NCBI GenBank assembly: GCA_964057225.1 | Contig: OZ059895.1 | Location: forward strand, 13,020,001-13,084,000 | Reading direction: 5' to 3' | From: Auanema rhodensis | Taxonomy: Eukaryota; Animalia; Nematoda | Length of the DNA stretch: 64,000 nucleotides | In this document: positions 22,405 through 34,300 of the stretch, one piece after another | How the letters are laid out: the number at the start of each line of letters is the position of its first letter | Position numbering within the stretch: the first letter of the stretch is position 1 | Notes under the pieces: generated by a model | Database searches by the model: none | What the model was told of the DNA's origin: nothing | Seen by the model: only the letters and a program-made list of their open reading frames with translations | Position numbers and translations under genes: made by a program

Positions 22405-22774
22405 TGTTATCTTTGTTACTGTTTTCTGTCCTTTTTATCCTTTTTAAAACTAGGTCGGTCTGTTCCTTCCTTTTTGTCGCCTCCTTTTTGACCAGTTAGG
22501 TGAAAAAAAATGATGAAGATTGTTGATTAAAACTTTGCAGTGATTTTTGAAAGATTCCAAGTATGATGTATAATTTTATTTTGAAATTTTGGTTATTGAT
22601 ACAATATTTTTATGAGAGTGAAAAAATAAAAATGTACAATAATTTGTGTAGAATTTTATGTCTTACTTAAATGAGAAAAAAAAAATCATATATAGGTTCA
22701 AGTTTAGATGAAAATTATGAAAATGGTATTATACTTTTTGTGATTTTTATATAGAAATTATGGATTTTTTTTTA

Positions 22775-23053
22775 CTATTGTTCTAGCTTCTTACTTGTAG
22801 TCCCAATAACTGTTGACGGTCTTTTCTTATGGATGACTGGTACTGTTGGTGCCACGAAGTTTGGGTCCGGGATCTGACTCTTCGAAACTCTCTTCTTCGG
22901 CTCTGTTACTGGTATGGTGCTGTGATACCTTATCGGCACATGATAAGGTTTTGCTGGCGTTGTAGGAGAATTATCTTCTAATCCCAATGCCAATTTAAGT
23001 GATGAACTCCATTTCTTAATTGTGGGTGGCTCCTTCATCCGTTCCTCATACAA
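22775..23053 (-). CDS. Hypothetical K/P/T/S-rich fragment, likely the C-terminal continuation of 23074-23511
   Basis: No ATG at the listed start. The frame is open upstream (KFTKLSEKIEENARKELYEER) and overlaps the end of the upstream ORF in the -1 frame. Same composition as that ORF. Confidence 0.5.
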   Translation of the reverse strand: MYEERMKEPPTIKKWSSSLKLALGLEDNSPTTPAKPYHVPIRYHSTIPVTEPKKRVSKSQIPDPNFVAPTVPVIHKKRPSTVIGTTSKKLEQ

Positions 23054-23073
23054 TTCTTTTCTTGCGTTTTCTT

Positions 23074-23511
23074 CTATTTTCTCTGATAGTTTGGTGAATT
23101 TCGAGGAAGAGGAGAAGAAAGAATAGCAGTATTTGGGTATGAAAATGATATTTGAGAATAATCTTTACAAGGGGAAGTATTTGTGCTAACATAGCTAGAG
23201 CTTTTGATAACGTTAGAAATGCGTTTAGGAGTTTGTTTGTTAATAGACGTTTTAATTTTACTAAGAGTAATAGCGTGGCGAGAAGTTTTAATAGCTGTTG
23301 TGCCTATTTTCTTCGCGGGGGTACCCGGTATAGCGGGTGGTTTCTTTGCAGCAGTAGGTCGGCGCTTCGTGTCCGGCTCATAAACATTTGGAGGTCCTCT
23401 TTTTCTTTGATTCCGCTCGAGTACTGGCTCGACGTGCGTATCATTACCGGGGGCTGCGCTCTGTGGATTTGTTTTATCCTGCGGAGGATTTTTACTCTTC
23501 GAGTCCGTCAT
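23074..23511 (-). CDS. Hypothetical basic, low-complexity protein with NLS-like RKRG...KRRP
   Basis: ATG lies 13 nt downstream of an acceptor-like TTTCCTTTCCAG. K/P/T-rich. Confidence 0.6.
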   Translation of the reverse strand: MTDSKSKNPPQDKTNPQSAAPGNDTHVEPVLERNQRKRGPPNVYEPDTKRRPTAAKKPPAIPGTPAKKIGTTAIKTSRHAITLSKIKTSINKQTPKRISNVIKSSSYVSTNTSPCKDYSQISFSYPNTAILSSPLPRNSPNYQRK

Positions 23512-24229
23512 CTTGTTGGTTTTCCTGGAAAGGAAATTATTATACCAACGATGCGAATCTTATAAAAATATATATACAACGTGAGAGGCAATATGGGGTT
23601 GTATGCGTGACGCTTGCTAGGGGGCCAGCCTGCAGCGAATCTTCTAACGGAGAATTGCTCAATCGGGTACATACACGGGCCTGTGACCGGTGCGCCCTTT
23701 CTAGGATCAAGTTCCCATCTCTCGAATAGGCGTGAAATATACGACGGTGATCTAAGCAGTATTCCCTTTCAGTCTTTCGACAAGATTAGGTGCTCAGGCC
23801 TCGTACATTCACTTTCCCAGACTTCTCTTGCCTATGAAAAATCACAGAAATCGCTCCCTTAACGAAATTCTGCTCCCCTGATTTTTCATGGTGAGACCAC
23901 TCTAACACTTTCATTCTCGACTAATTCTGTCGTAATTTTCAAATTTGCAAAAATAGGACCAAAAAGGGATCTTCAAAATCAGGAATGCGTACGTCTTATA
24001 TCAAAAATAGTGGTTGCCTCCGCTCAGTTCTCGAGACAGTCTGGTATTGCTTCTCACGGGCTACTTTTAGGATCAAAATGCAAAATTGTAAATCTTAGGT
24101 TCGGGATTCAGATAAAAAATTTCAAAATTATTTGGCTGTTTTCTGGGTTATATTAGGAAGAAGAAAAAAATAATAGTAATAAGAGAGGGAAAAAGATAAA
24201 ATTTAAAAGAAGATAAAAGAAAAATAAAA

Positions 24230-24281
24230 TAGGAATATAGTAGGAATATAGTAGGAATATAGTACTAGTATAGAATAGTTT

Positions 24282-24322
<41 letters not shown>
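24230..24322. repeat. (TAGGAATATAG)3 and (AT)18 microsatellite in the LTR-element leader
   Basis: Read directly at 24230-24262 and 24287-24322. Confidence 0.9.
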
Positions 24323-24326
<4 letters not shown>

Positions 24327-24923
24327 GAGTAATACATTTTAAAGGATAGAATAGAAATTAATGAATTTTAATATATATAAAACAATGAATTTTTTGATGA
24401 TTCATGAAAGAAATTAATTCATTTTTCATTCAAAAATTGTTTGAAACTTTATAACAAAAATTTATGAGAGATAGAATAGATTTTGATTAAAAAAACAGAA
24501 AAAGAAAAGATTGACAGAAAAAAAAATATCGAAATACCTTTCTTTGAATGAATAAATATAAAAGAATTTCAAATTAATTTATGATAGTTATAAACAAAGT
24601 TTTTCCTCAAAAATGAAAGAAAGATCTTAGAATATGGATAAAAATCAAAATGTTTCTTTTAAATGAATGAATATAAAATTTCAAAATTAAGTTGTTTCAA
24701 AATATATCTTTTTAAATAAATGTATATAAGATTTCAGTATTAATTTATGAATCAAAATCAAAATAAAGTTTTTTTGAATGAATGAAATAAAGAAGAGAAA
24801 GATTTCAAATTAAATTCATATAGCATAATCGAAATATAATTTTTTAATTAGATGTATGAAAGACAACAAAATTAAATTTATGTAGCGAAATATGGTTCTT
24901 AGAGATTCGTCGGTTATAGACGA

Positions 24924-24941
24924 ATTTCGGTGGAACCTCCA
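24924..24941 (-). promoter_or_regulatory. Primer-binding site, tRNA-Gln
   Basis: TGGAGGTTCCACCGAAAT on -, abutting the LTR. Complementary to the recalled metazoan tRNA-Gln 3' end ...ATCTCGGTGGAACCT-CCA with 1 mismatch. Confidence 0.85.
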
Positions 24942-25352
24942 CGTTCCATGGTGGTTCCCCAGGGTTCCGGCTGGGTAACCACATGGAATTACTTTCTTTT
25001 CTTCCAAATATAAATGATAAAGAGCATAGAGAGAAAGGTTTATTTATGATAAAGTATACAAATTACAATAATAAAAGTTACATAATGATTCCTAGTCGCA
25101 GCCCAAAGGACTCGTAAGGAAACCTTATATAGTTTTCCTTACGAGCATAAAAAGTGGTTATATCAGGTCTGCGGAACTTGGTTCCGCTTGAATTGGGCTT
25201 TCTTTAATTAAACTTAATATGAAAAAGTGTTCGTTCATTATTGCATTGAATTCCTGTTTCTCAAATGTAGCGTCAGCTATTTGTTTTTATAATGTTCCGT
25301 TTTATAAGCGATTGACGGTCAATCGCTCTACTTATAGGACACGTATGGAACA
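24942..25352 (-). repeat. 5' LTR (411 bp)
   Basis: Direct repeat of 21188-21598, adjacent to the PBS. Confidence 0.95.
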
Positions 25353-28300
25353 ATGTTAGTTATGTAATTTTCTACGTTACATCTAAATCCCTCAATGATA
25401 TCAAATCTTATGAGATCCAAATACAATAAATTAAAAAGGTTTCACAGTTGTATAGTGTTTAAACAATGTTTGTTTCAATAGGAAATAGATAGAAACAGTA
25501 AAGTTAAGATGAAGGTTCATAAACTACTGGTTTATAACTGTAATATAGAAATAAGATTGAAGATATTTTGATGCCTTGGGTTGAGCTATCTAAGTAAAAC
25601 TGCTGGAAAATTAAAAACATTTGTTACGGAAGAGATAAAATTGAAAATCAGCTGCATGGCGTACTTTCAACGTGGTATGGTCGTAAGCGAAAAAATCTGA
25701 TATTCAATGATTTACATACTTATCCTCGTTATTGTTTTTTTTTCCAATTTCATGTTAGTTATGTAATTTTCTACGTTACATCTAAATTCCTCGATGATAT
25801 CAAATCTTATGAGCTCCAAATACAATAACTTAAAAAAGGTTTCACAGTTGTGTAGTGTTAAAACAATGTTTGTTTCAATAGGAAATAGATAGAAACAGTA
25901 AAGTTAAGATGAAGGTTCATAAACTACTGGTTTATAACTGTAATATAGAAATAAGATTGAAGATATTTTGATGCCTTGGGTTGAGCTATCTAAGTAAAAC
26001 TGCTGGAAAATTAAAAACATTTGTTACTGAAGAGATAAAATTGAAAATCAGCTGCATTGCGTACTTTCAACGTGGTATGATCGTTAAAAAAATTTGAAAA
26101 GCTTACGGCACCCGGGTTTCCCAAGCCGTCTCCGATCCAAGTACTAACCGGGCCCAACGTTGCTTGACTTGCCAGATCGGACGGGATGGCGTACTTTCAA
26201 CGTGGTATGGTCGTAAGCGAAAATACCTGATATTCAATGATTTACATACTTATCCTCGTTATTGTTTTTTTTCCAATTTCATGTTAGTTATGTAATTTTC
26301 TACGTTACATCTAAATTCCTCGATGATATCAAATCTTATGAGCTCCAAATACAATAAATTAAAAAAGGTTTCACAGTTGTATAGTGTTAAAACAATGTTT
26401 GTTTCAATAGGAAATAGAAAGAAACAGTAAAGTTAAGATGAAGGTTCATAAACTACTGGTTTATAACTGTAATATAGAAATAAGATTGAAGATATTTTGA
26501 TGCCTTGGGTTGAGCTATCTAAGTAAAACTGCTGGAAAATTAAAAACATTTGTTACTGAAGAGATAAAATTGAAAATCAGCTGCATGGCGTACTTTCAAC
26601 GTGGTATGATCGTTAAAAAAATTTGAAAAGCTTACGGCACCCGGGATTCCCAAGCCGTCTCCGATCCAAGTACTAACCGGGCCCAACGTTGCTTAACTTG
26701 CCAGATCGAACGGGATGGCGTACTTTCAACGTGGTATGGTCGTAAGCGAAAATACCTGATATTCAATGATTTACATACTTATCCTCGTTATTGTTTTTTT
26801 TCCAATTTCATGTTAGTTATGTAATTTTCTACGTTACATCTAAATCCCTCGATGATATCAAATCTTATGAGATCCAAATACAATAAATTGAAAAAGGTTT
26901 CACAGTTGTATAGTGTTTAAACAATGTTTGTTTCAATAGGAAATAGAAAGAAACAGTAAAGTTAAGATGAAGGTTCATAAACTACTGGTTTATAACTGTA
27001 ATATAGAAATAAGATTGAAGATATTTTGATGCCTTGGGTTGAGCTATCTAAGTAAAACTGCTGGAAAATTAAAAACATTTGTTACTGAAGAGATAAAATT
27101 GAAAATCAGCTGCATGGCGTACTTTCAACGTGGTATGATCGTTAAAAAAATTTGAAAAGCTTACGGCACCCGGGATTCCCAAGCCGTCTCCGATCCAAGT
27201 ACTAACCGGGCCCAACGTTGCTTAACTTGCCAGATCGGACGGGATGGCGTACTTTCAACGTGGTATGGTCGTAAGCGAAAATACCTGATATTCAATGATT
27301 TACATACTTATCCTCGTTATTGTTTTTTTTCCAATTTCATGTTAGTTATGTAATTTTCTACGTTACATCTAAATCCCTCGATGATATCAAATCTTATGAG
27401 ATCCAAATACAATAAATTGAAAAAGGTTTCACAGTTGTATAGTGTTTAAACAATGTTTGTTTCAATAGGAAATAGATAGAAACAGTAAAGTTAAGATGAA
27501 GGTTCATAAACTACTGGTTTATAACTGTAATATAGAAATAAGATTGAAGATATTTTGATGCCTTGGGTTGAGCTATCTAAGTAAAACTGCTGGAAAATTA
27601 AAAACATTTGTTACGGAAGAGATAAAATTGAAAATCAGCTGCATGGCGTACTTTCAACGTGGTATGGTCGTAAGCGAAAAAATCTGATATTCAATGATTT
27701 ACATACTTATCCTCGTTATTGTTTTTTTTCCAATTTCATGTTAGTTATGTAATTTTCTACGTTACATCTAAATTCCTCGATGATATCAAATCTTATGAGC
27801 TCCAAATACAATAAATTAAAAAAGGTTTCACAGTTGTATAGTGTTAAAACAATGTTTGTTTCAATAGGAAATAGAAAGAAACAGTAAAGTTAAGATGAAG
27901 GTTCATAAACTACTGGTTTATAACTGTAATATAGAAATAAGATTGAAGATATTTTGATGCCTTGGGTTGAGCTATCTAAGTAAAACTGCTGGAAAATTAA
28001 AAACATTTGTTACTGAAGAGATAAAATTGAAAATCAGCTGCATGGCGTACTTTCAACGTGGTATGATCGTTAAAAAAATTTGAAAAGCTTACGGCACCCG
28101 GGATTCCCAAGCCGTCTCCGATCCAAGTACTAACCGGGCCCAACGTTGCTTAACTTGCCAGATCGGACGGGATGGCGTACTTTCAACGTGGTATGGTCGT
28201 AAGCGAAAATACCTGATATTCAATGATTTACATACTTATCCTCGTTATTGTTTTTTTTCCAATTTCATGTTAGTTATGTAATTTTCTACGTTACATCTAA

Positions 28301-31300
28301 ATCCCTCGATGATATCAAATCTTATGAGATCCAAATACAATAAATTGAAAAAGGTTTCACAGTTGTATAGTGTTTAAACAATGTTTGTTTCAATAGGAAA
28401 TAGATAGAAACAGTAAAGTTAAGATGAAGGTTCATAAACTACTGGTTTATAACTGTAATATAGAAATAAGATTGAAGATATTTTGATGCCTTGGGTTGAG
28501 CTATCTAAGTAAAACTGCTGGAAAATTAAAAACATTTGTTACGGAAGAGATAAAATTGAAAATCAGCTGCATGGCGTACTTTCAACGTGGTATGGTCGTA
28601 AGCGAAAAAATCTGATATTCAATGATTTACATACTTATCCTCGTTATTGTTTTTTTTCCAATTTCATGTTAGTTATGTAATTTTCTACGTTACATCTAAA
28701 TTCCTCGATGATATCAAATCTTATGAGCTCCAAATACAATAAATTAAAAAAGGTTACACTGTTGTATAGTGTTAAAACAATGTTTGTTTCAATAGGAAAT
28801 AGATAGAAACAGTAAAGTTAAGATGAAGGTTCATAAACTACTGGTTTAAAACTGTAATATAGAAATAAGATTGAAGATATTTTGATGCCTTGGGTTGAGC
28901 TATCTAAGTAAAACTGCTGGAAAATTAAAAACATTTGTTACTGAAGAGATAAAATTGAAAATCAGCTGCATTGCGTACTTTCAACGTGGTATGATCGTTA
29001 AAAAAATTTGAAAAGCTTACGGCACCCGGGATTCCCAAGCCGTCTCCGATCCAAGTACTAACCGGGCCCAACGTTGCTTGACTTGCCAGATCGGACGGGA
29101 TGGCGTACTTTCAACGTGGTATGGTCGTAAGCGAAAATACCTGATATTCAATAATTTACATACTTATCCTCGTTATTGTTTTTTTTCCAATTTCATGTTA
29201 GTTATGTAATTTTCTACGTTACATCTAAATCCCTCGATGATATCAAATCTTATGAGATCCAAATACAATAAATTGAAAAAGGTTTCACAGTTGTATAGTG
29301 TTTAAACAATGTTTGTTTCAATAGGAAATAGATAGAAACAGTAAAGTTAAGATGAAGGTTCATAAACTACTGGTTTATAACTGTAATATAGAAATAAGAT
29401 TGAAGATATTTTGATGCCTTGGGTTGAGCTATCTAAGTAAAACTGCTGGAAAATTAAAAACATTTGTTACGGAAGAGATAAAATTGAAAATCAGCTGCAT
29501 TGCGTACTTTCAACGTGGTATGATCGTTAAAAAAATTTGAAAAGCTTACGGCACCCGGGATTCCCAAGCCGTCTCCGATCCAAGTACTAACCGGGCCCAA
29601 CGTTGCTTGACTTGCCAGATCGGACGGGATGGCGTACTTTCAACGTGGTATGGTCGTAAGCGAAAATACCTGATATTCAATGATTTACATAATTATCCTC
29701 GTTATTGTTTTTTTTCCAATTTCATGTTAGTTATGTAATTTTCTACGTTACATCTAAATCCCTCGATGATATCAAATCTTATGAGATCCAAATACAATAA
29801 ATTAAAAAGGTTTCACAGTTGTATAGTGTTTAAACAATGTTTGTTTCAATAGGAAATAGATAGAAACAGTAAAGTTAAGATGAAGGTTCATAAACTACTG
29901 GTTTATAACTGTAATATAGAAATAAGATTGAAGATATTTTGATGCCTTGGGTTGAGCTATCTAAGTAAAACTGCTGGAAAATTAAAAACATTTGTTACGG
30001 AAGAGATAAAATTGAAAATCAGCTGCATTGCGTACTTTCAACGTGGTATGATCGTTAAAAAAATTTGAAAAGCTTACGGCACCCGGGATTCCCAAGCCGT
30101 CTCCGATCCAAGTACTAACCGGGCCCAACGTTGCTTGACTTGCCAGATCGGACGGGATGGCGTACTTTCAACGTGGTATGGTCGTAAGCGAAAATACCTG
30201 ATATTCAATGATTTACATACTTATCCTCGTTATTGTTTTTTTTTCAATTTCATGTTAGTTATGTAGTTTTCTACGTTACATCTAAATCCCTCGATGATAT
30301 CAAATCTTATGAGATCCAAATACAATAAATTGAAAAAGGTTTCACAGTTGTATAGTGTTTAAACAATGTTTGTTTCAATAGGAAATAGAAAGAAACAGTA
30401 AAGTTAAGATGAAGGTTCATAAACTACTGGTTTATAACTGTAATATAGAAATAAGATTGAAGATATTTTGATGCCTTGGGTTGAGCTATCTAAGTAAAAC
30501 TGCTGGAAAATTAAAAACATTTGTTACTGAAGAGATAAAATTGAAAATCAGCTGCATGGCGTACTTTCAACGTGGTATGATCGTTAAAAAAATTTGAAAA
30601 GCTTTCGGCACCCGGGATTCCCAAGCCGTCTCCGATCCAAGTACTAACCGGGCCCAACGTTGCTTAACTTGCCAGATCGGACGGGATGGCGTACTTTCAA
30701 CGTGGTATGGTCATAAGCAAAAATACCTGATATTCAATGATTTACATACTTATCCTCGTTATTGTTTTTTTTCCAATTTCATGTTAGTTATGTAATTTTC
30801 TACGTTACATCTAAATCCCTCGATGATATCAAATCTTATGAGATCCAAATACAATAAATTGAAAAAGGTTTCACAGTTGTATAGTGTTTAAACAATGTTT
30901 GTTTCAATAGGAAATAGATAGAAACAGTAAAGTTAAGATGAAGGTTCATAAACTACTGGTTTATAACTGTAATATAGAAATAAGATTGAAGATATTTTGA
31001 TGCCTTGGGTTGAGCTATCTAAGTAAAACTGCTGGAAAATTAAAAACATTTGTTACTGAAGAGATAAAATTGAAAATCAGCTGCATGGCGTACTTTCAAC
31101 GTGGTATGATCGTTAAAAAAATTCGAAAAGCTTACGGCACCCGGGATTCCCAAGCCGTCTCCGATCCAAGTACTAACCGGGCTCAACGTTGCTTAACTTG
31201 CCAGATCGGACGGGATGGCGTACTTTCAACGTGGTATGGTCGTAAGCGAAAATACCTGATATTCAATGATTTACATACTTATCCTCGTTATTGTTTTTTT

Positions 31301-34300
31301 TCCAATTTCATGTTAGTTATGTAATTTTCTACGTTACATCTAAATCCCTCGATGATATCAAATCTTATGAGATCCAAATACAATAAATTGAAAAAGGTTT
31401 CACAGTTGTATAGTGTTTAAACAATGTTTGTTTCAATAGGAAATAGATAGAAACAGTAAAGTTAAGATGAAGGTTCATAAACTACTGGTTTATAACTGTA
31501 ATATAGAAATAAGATTGAAGATATTTTGATGCCTTGGGTTGAGCTATCTAAGTAAAACTGCTGGAAAATTAAAAACATTTGTTACGGAAGAGATAAAATT
31601 GAAAATCAGCTGCATGGCGTACTTTCAACGTGGTATGGTCGTAAGTGAAAAAATCTGATATTCAATGATCTACATACTTATCCTCGTTATTGTTTTTTTT
31701 CCAATTTCATGTTAGTTATGTAATTTTCTACGTTACATCTAAATTCCTCGATGATATCAAATCTTATGAGCTCCAAATACAATAAATTAAAAAAGGTTAC
31801 ACTGTTGTATAGTGTTAAAACAATGTTTGTTTCAATAGGAAATAGATAGAAACAGTAAAGTTAAGATGAAGGTTCATAAACTACTGGTTAATAACTGTAA
31901 TATAGAAATAAGATTGAAGATATTTTGATGCCTTGGGTTGAGCTATCTAAGTAAAACTGCTGGAAAATTAAAAACATTTGTTACTGAAGAGATAAAATTG
32001 AAAATCAGCTGCATGGCGTACTTTCAACGTGGTATGGTCGTAAGCGAAAAAATCTGATATTCAATGATTTACATACTTATCCTCGTTATTGTTTTTTTTC
32101 CAATTTCATGTTAGTTATGTAATTTTCTACGTTACATCTAAATTCCTCGATGATATCAAATCTTATGAGCTCCAAATACAATAAATTAAAAAAGGTTTCA
32201 CAGTTGTATAGTGTTAAAACAATGTTTGTTTCAATAGGAAATAGATAGAAACAGTAAAGTTAAGATGAAGGTTCATAAACTACTGGTTTATAACTGTAAT
32301 ATAGAAATAAGATTGAAGATATTTTGATGCCTTGGGTTGAGCTATCTAAGTAAAACTGCTGGAAAATTAAAAACATTTGTTACTGAAGAGATAAAATTGA
32401 AAATCAGCTGCATTGCGTACTTTCAACGTGGTATGATCGTTAAAAAAATTTGAAAAGCTTACGGCACCCGGGTTTCCCAAGCCGTCTCCGATCCAAGTAC
32501 TAACCGGGCCCAACGTTGCTTGACTTGCCAGATCGGACGGGATGGCGTACTTTCAACGTGGTATGGTCGTAAGCGAAAATACCTGATATTCAATGATTTA
32601 CATACTTATCCTCGTTATTGTTTTTTTTCCAATTTCATGTTAGTTATGTAATTTTCTACGTTACATCTAAATCCCTCGATGATATCAAATCTTATGAGAT
32701 CCAAATACAATAAATTAAAAAAGGTTTCACAGTTGTATAGTGTTTAAACAATGTTTGTTTCAATAGGAAATAGATAGAAACAGTAAAGTTAAGATGAAGG
32801 TTCATAAACTACTGGTTTATAACTGTAATATAGAAATAAGATTGAAGATATTTTGATGCCTTGGGTTGAGCTATCTAAGTAAAACTGCTGGAAAATTAAA
32901 AACATTTGTTACGGAAGAGATAAAATTGAAAATCAGCTGCATTGCGTACTTTCAACGTGGTATGATCGTTAAAAAAATTTGAAAAGCTTACGGCACCCGG
33001 GATTCCCAAGCCGTCTCCGATCCAAGTACTAACCGGGCCCAACGTTGCTTGACTTGCCAGATCGGACGGAATGGCGTACTTTCAACGTGGTATGGTCGTA
33101 AGCGAAAATACCTGATATTCAATGATCTACATACTTATCCTCGTTATTGTTTTTTTTCCAATTTCATGTTAGTTATGTAATTTTCTACGTTACATCTAAA
33201 TTCCTCGATGATATCAAATCTTATGAGCTCCAAATACAATAAATTAAAAAAGGTTTCACAGTTGTATAGTGTTAAAACAATGTTTGTTTCAATAGGAAAT
33301 AGATAGAAACAGTAAAGTTAAGATGAAGGTTCATAAACTACTGGTTTATAACTGTAATATAGAAATAAGATTGAAGATATTTTGATGCCTTGGGTTGAGC
33401 TATCTAAGTAAAACTGCTGGAAAATTAAAAACATTTGTTACTGAAGAGATAAAATTGAAAATCAGCTGCATTGCGTACTTTCAACGTGGTATGATCGTTA
33501 AAAAAATTTGAAAAGCTTACGGCACCCGGGTTTCCCAAGCCGTCTCCGATCCAAGTACTAACCGGGCCCAACGTTGCTTGACTTGCCAGATCGGACGGGA
33601 TGGCGTACTTTCAACGTGGTATGGTCGTAAGCGAAAATACCTGATATTCAATGATTTACATACTTATCCTCGTTATTGTTTTTTTTCCAATTTCATGTTA
33701 GTTATGTAATTTTCTACGTTACATCTAAATCCCTCGATGATATCAAATCTTATGAGATCCAAATACAATAAATTAAAAAAGGTTTCACAGTTGTATAGTG
33801 TTTAAACAATGTTTGTTTCAATAGGAAATAGATAGAAACAGTAAAGTTAAGATGAAGGTTCATAAACTACTGGTTTATAACTGTAATATAGAAATAAGAT
33901 TGAAGATATTTTGATGCCTTGGGTTGAGCTATCTAAGTAAAACTGCTGGAAAATTAAAAACATTTGTTACGGAAGAGATAAAATTGAAAATCAGCTGCAT
34001 TGCGTACTTTCAACGTGGTATGATCGTTAAAAAAATTTGAAAAGCTTACGGCACCCGGGATTCCCAAGCCGTCTCCGATCCAAGTACTAACCGGGCCCAA
34101 CGTTGCTTGACTTGCCAGATCGGACGGAATGGCGTACTTTCAACGTGGTATGGTCGTAAGCGAAAATACCTGATATTCAATGATTTACATACTTATCCTC
34201 GTTATTGTTTTTTTTCCAATTTCATGTTAGTTATGTAATTTTCTACGTTACATCTAAATCCCTCGATGATATCAAATCTTATGAGATCCAAATACAATAA

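Larger units (their letters stand above)
21188..25352 (-). mobile_element. Non-autonomous LTR element (4165 bp), probably Ty3/gypsy-dependent
   Basis: Two apparently identical 411-bp LTRs, a 4-bp TSD ATGT (21184-21187, 25353-25356) in the 5S spacer, and a tRNA-Gln PBS. No RT, IN or PR motifs. Confidence 0.9.

Noticed and set aside
23152-23862. + strand ORFs of 137, 113 and 82 aa in the LTR element
   Set aside because: Non-ATG starts, largely antisense to the basic ORF, and no recognisable features.
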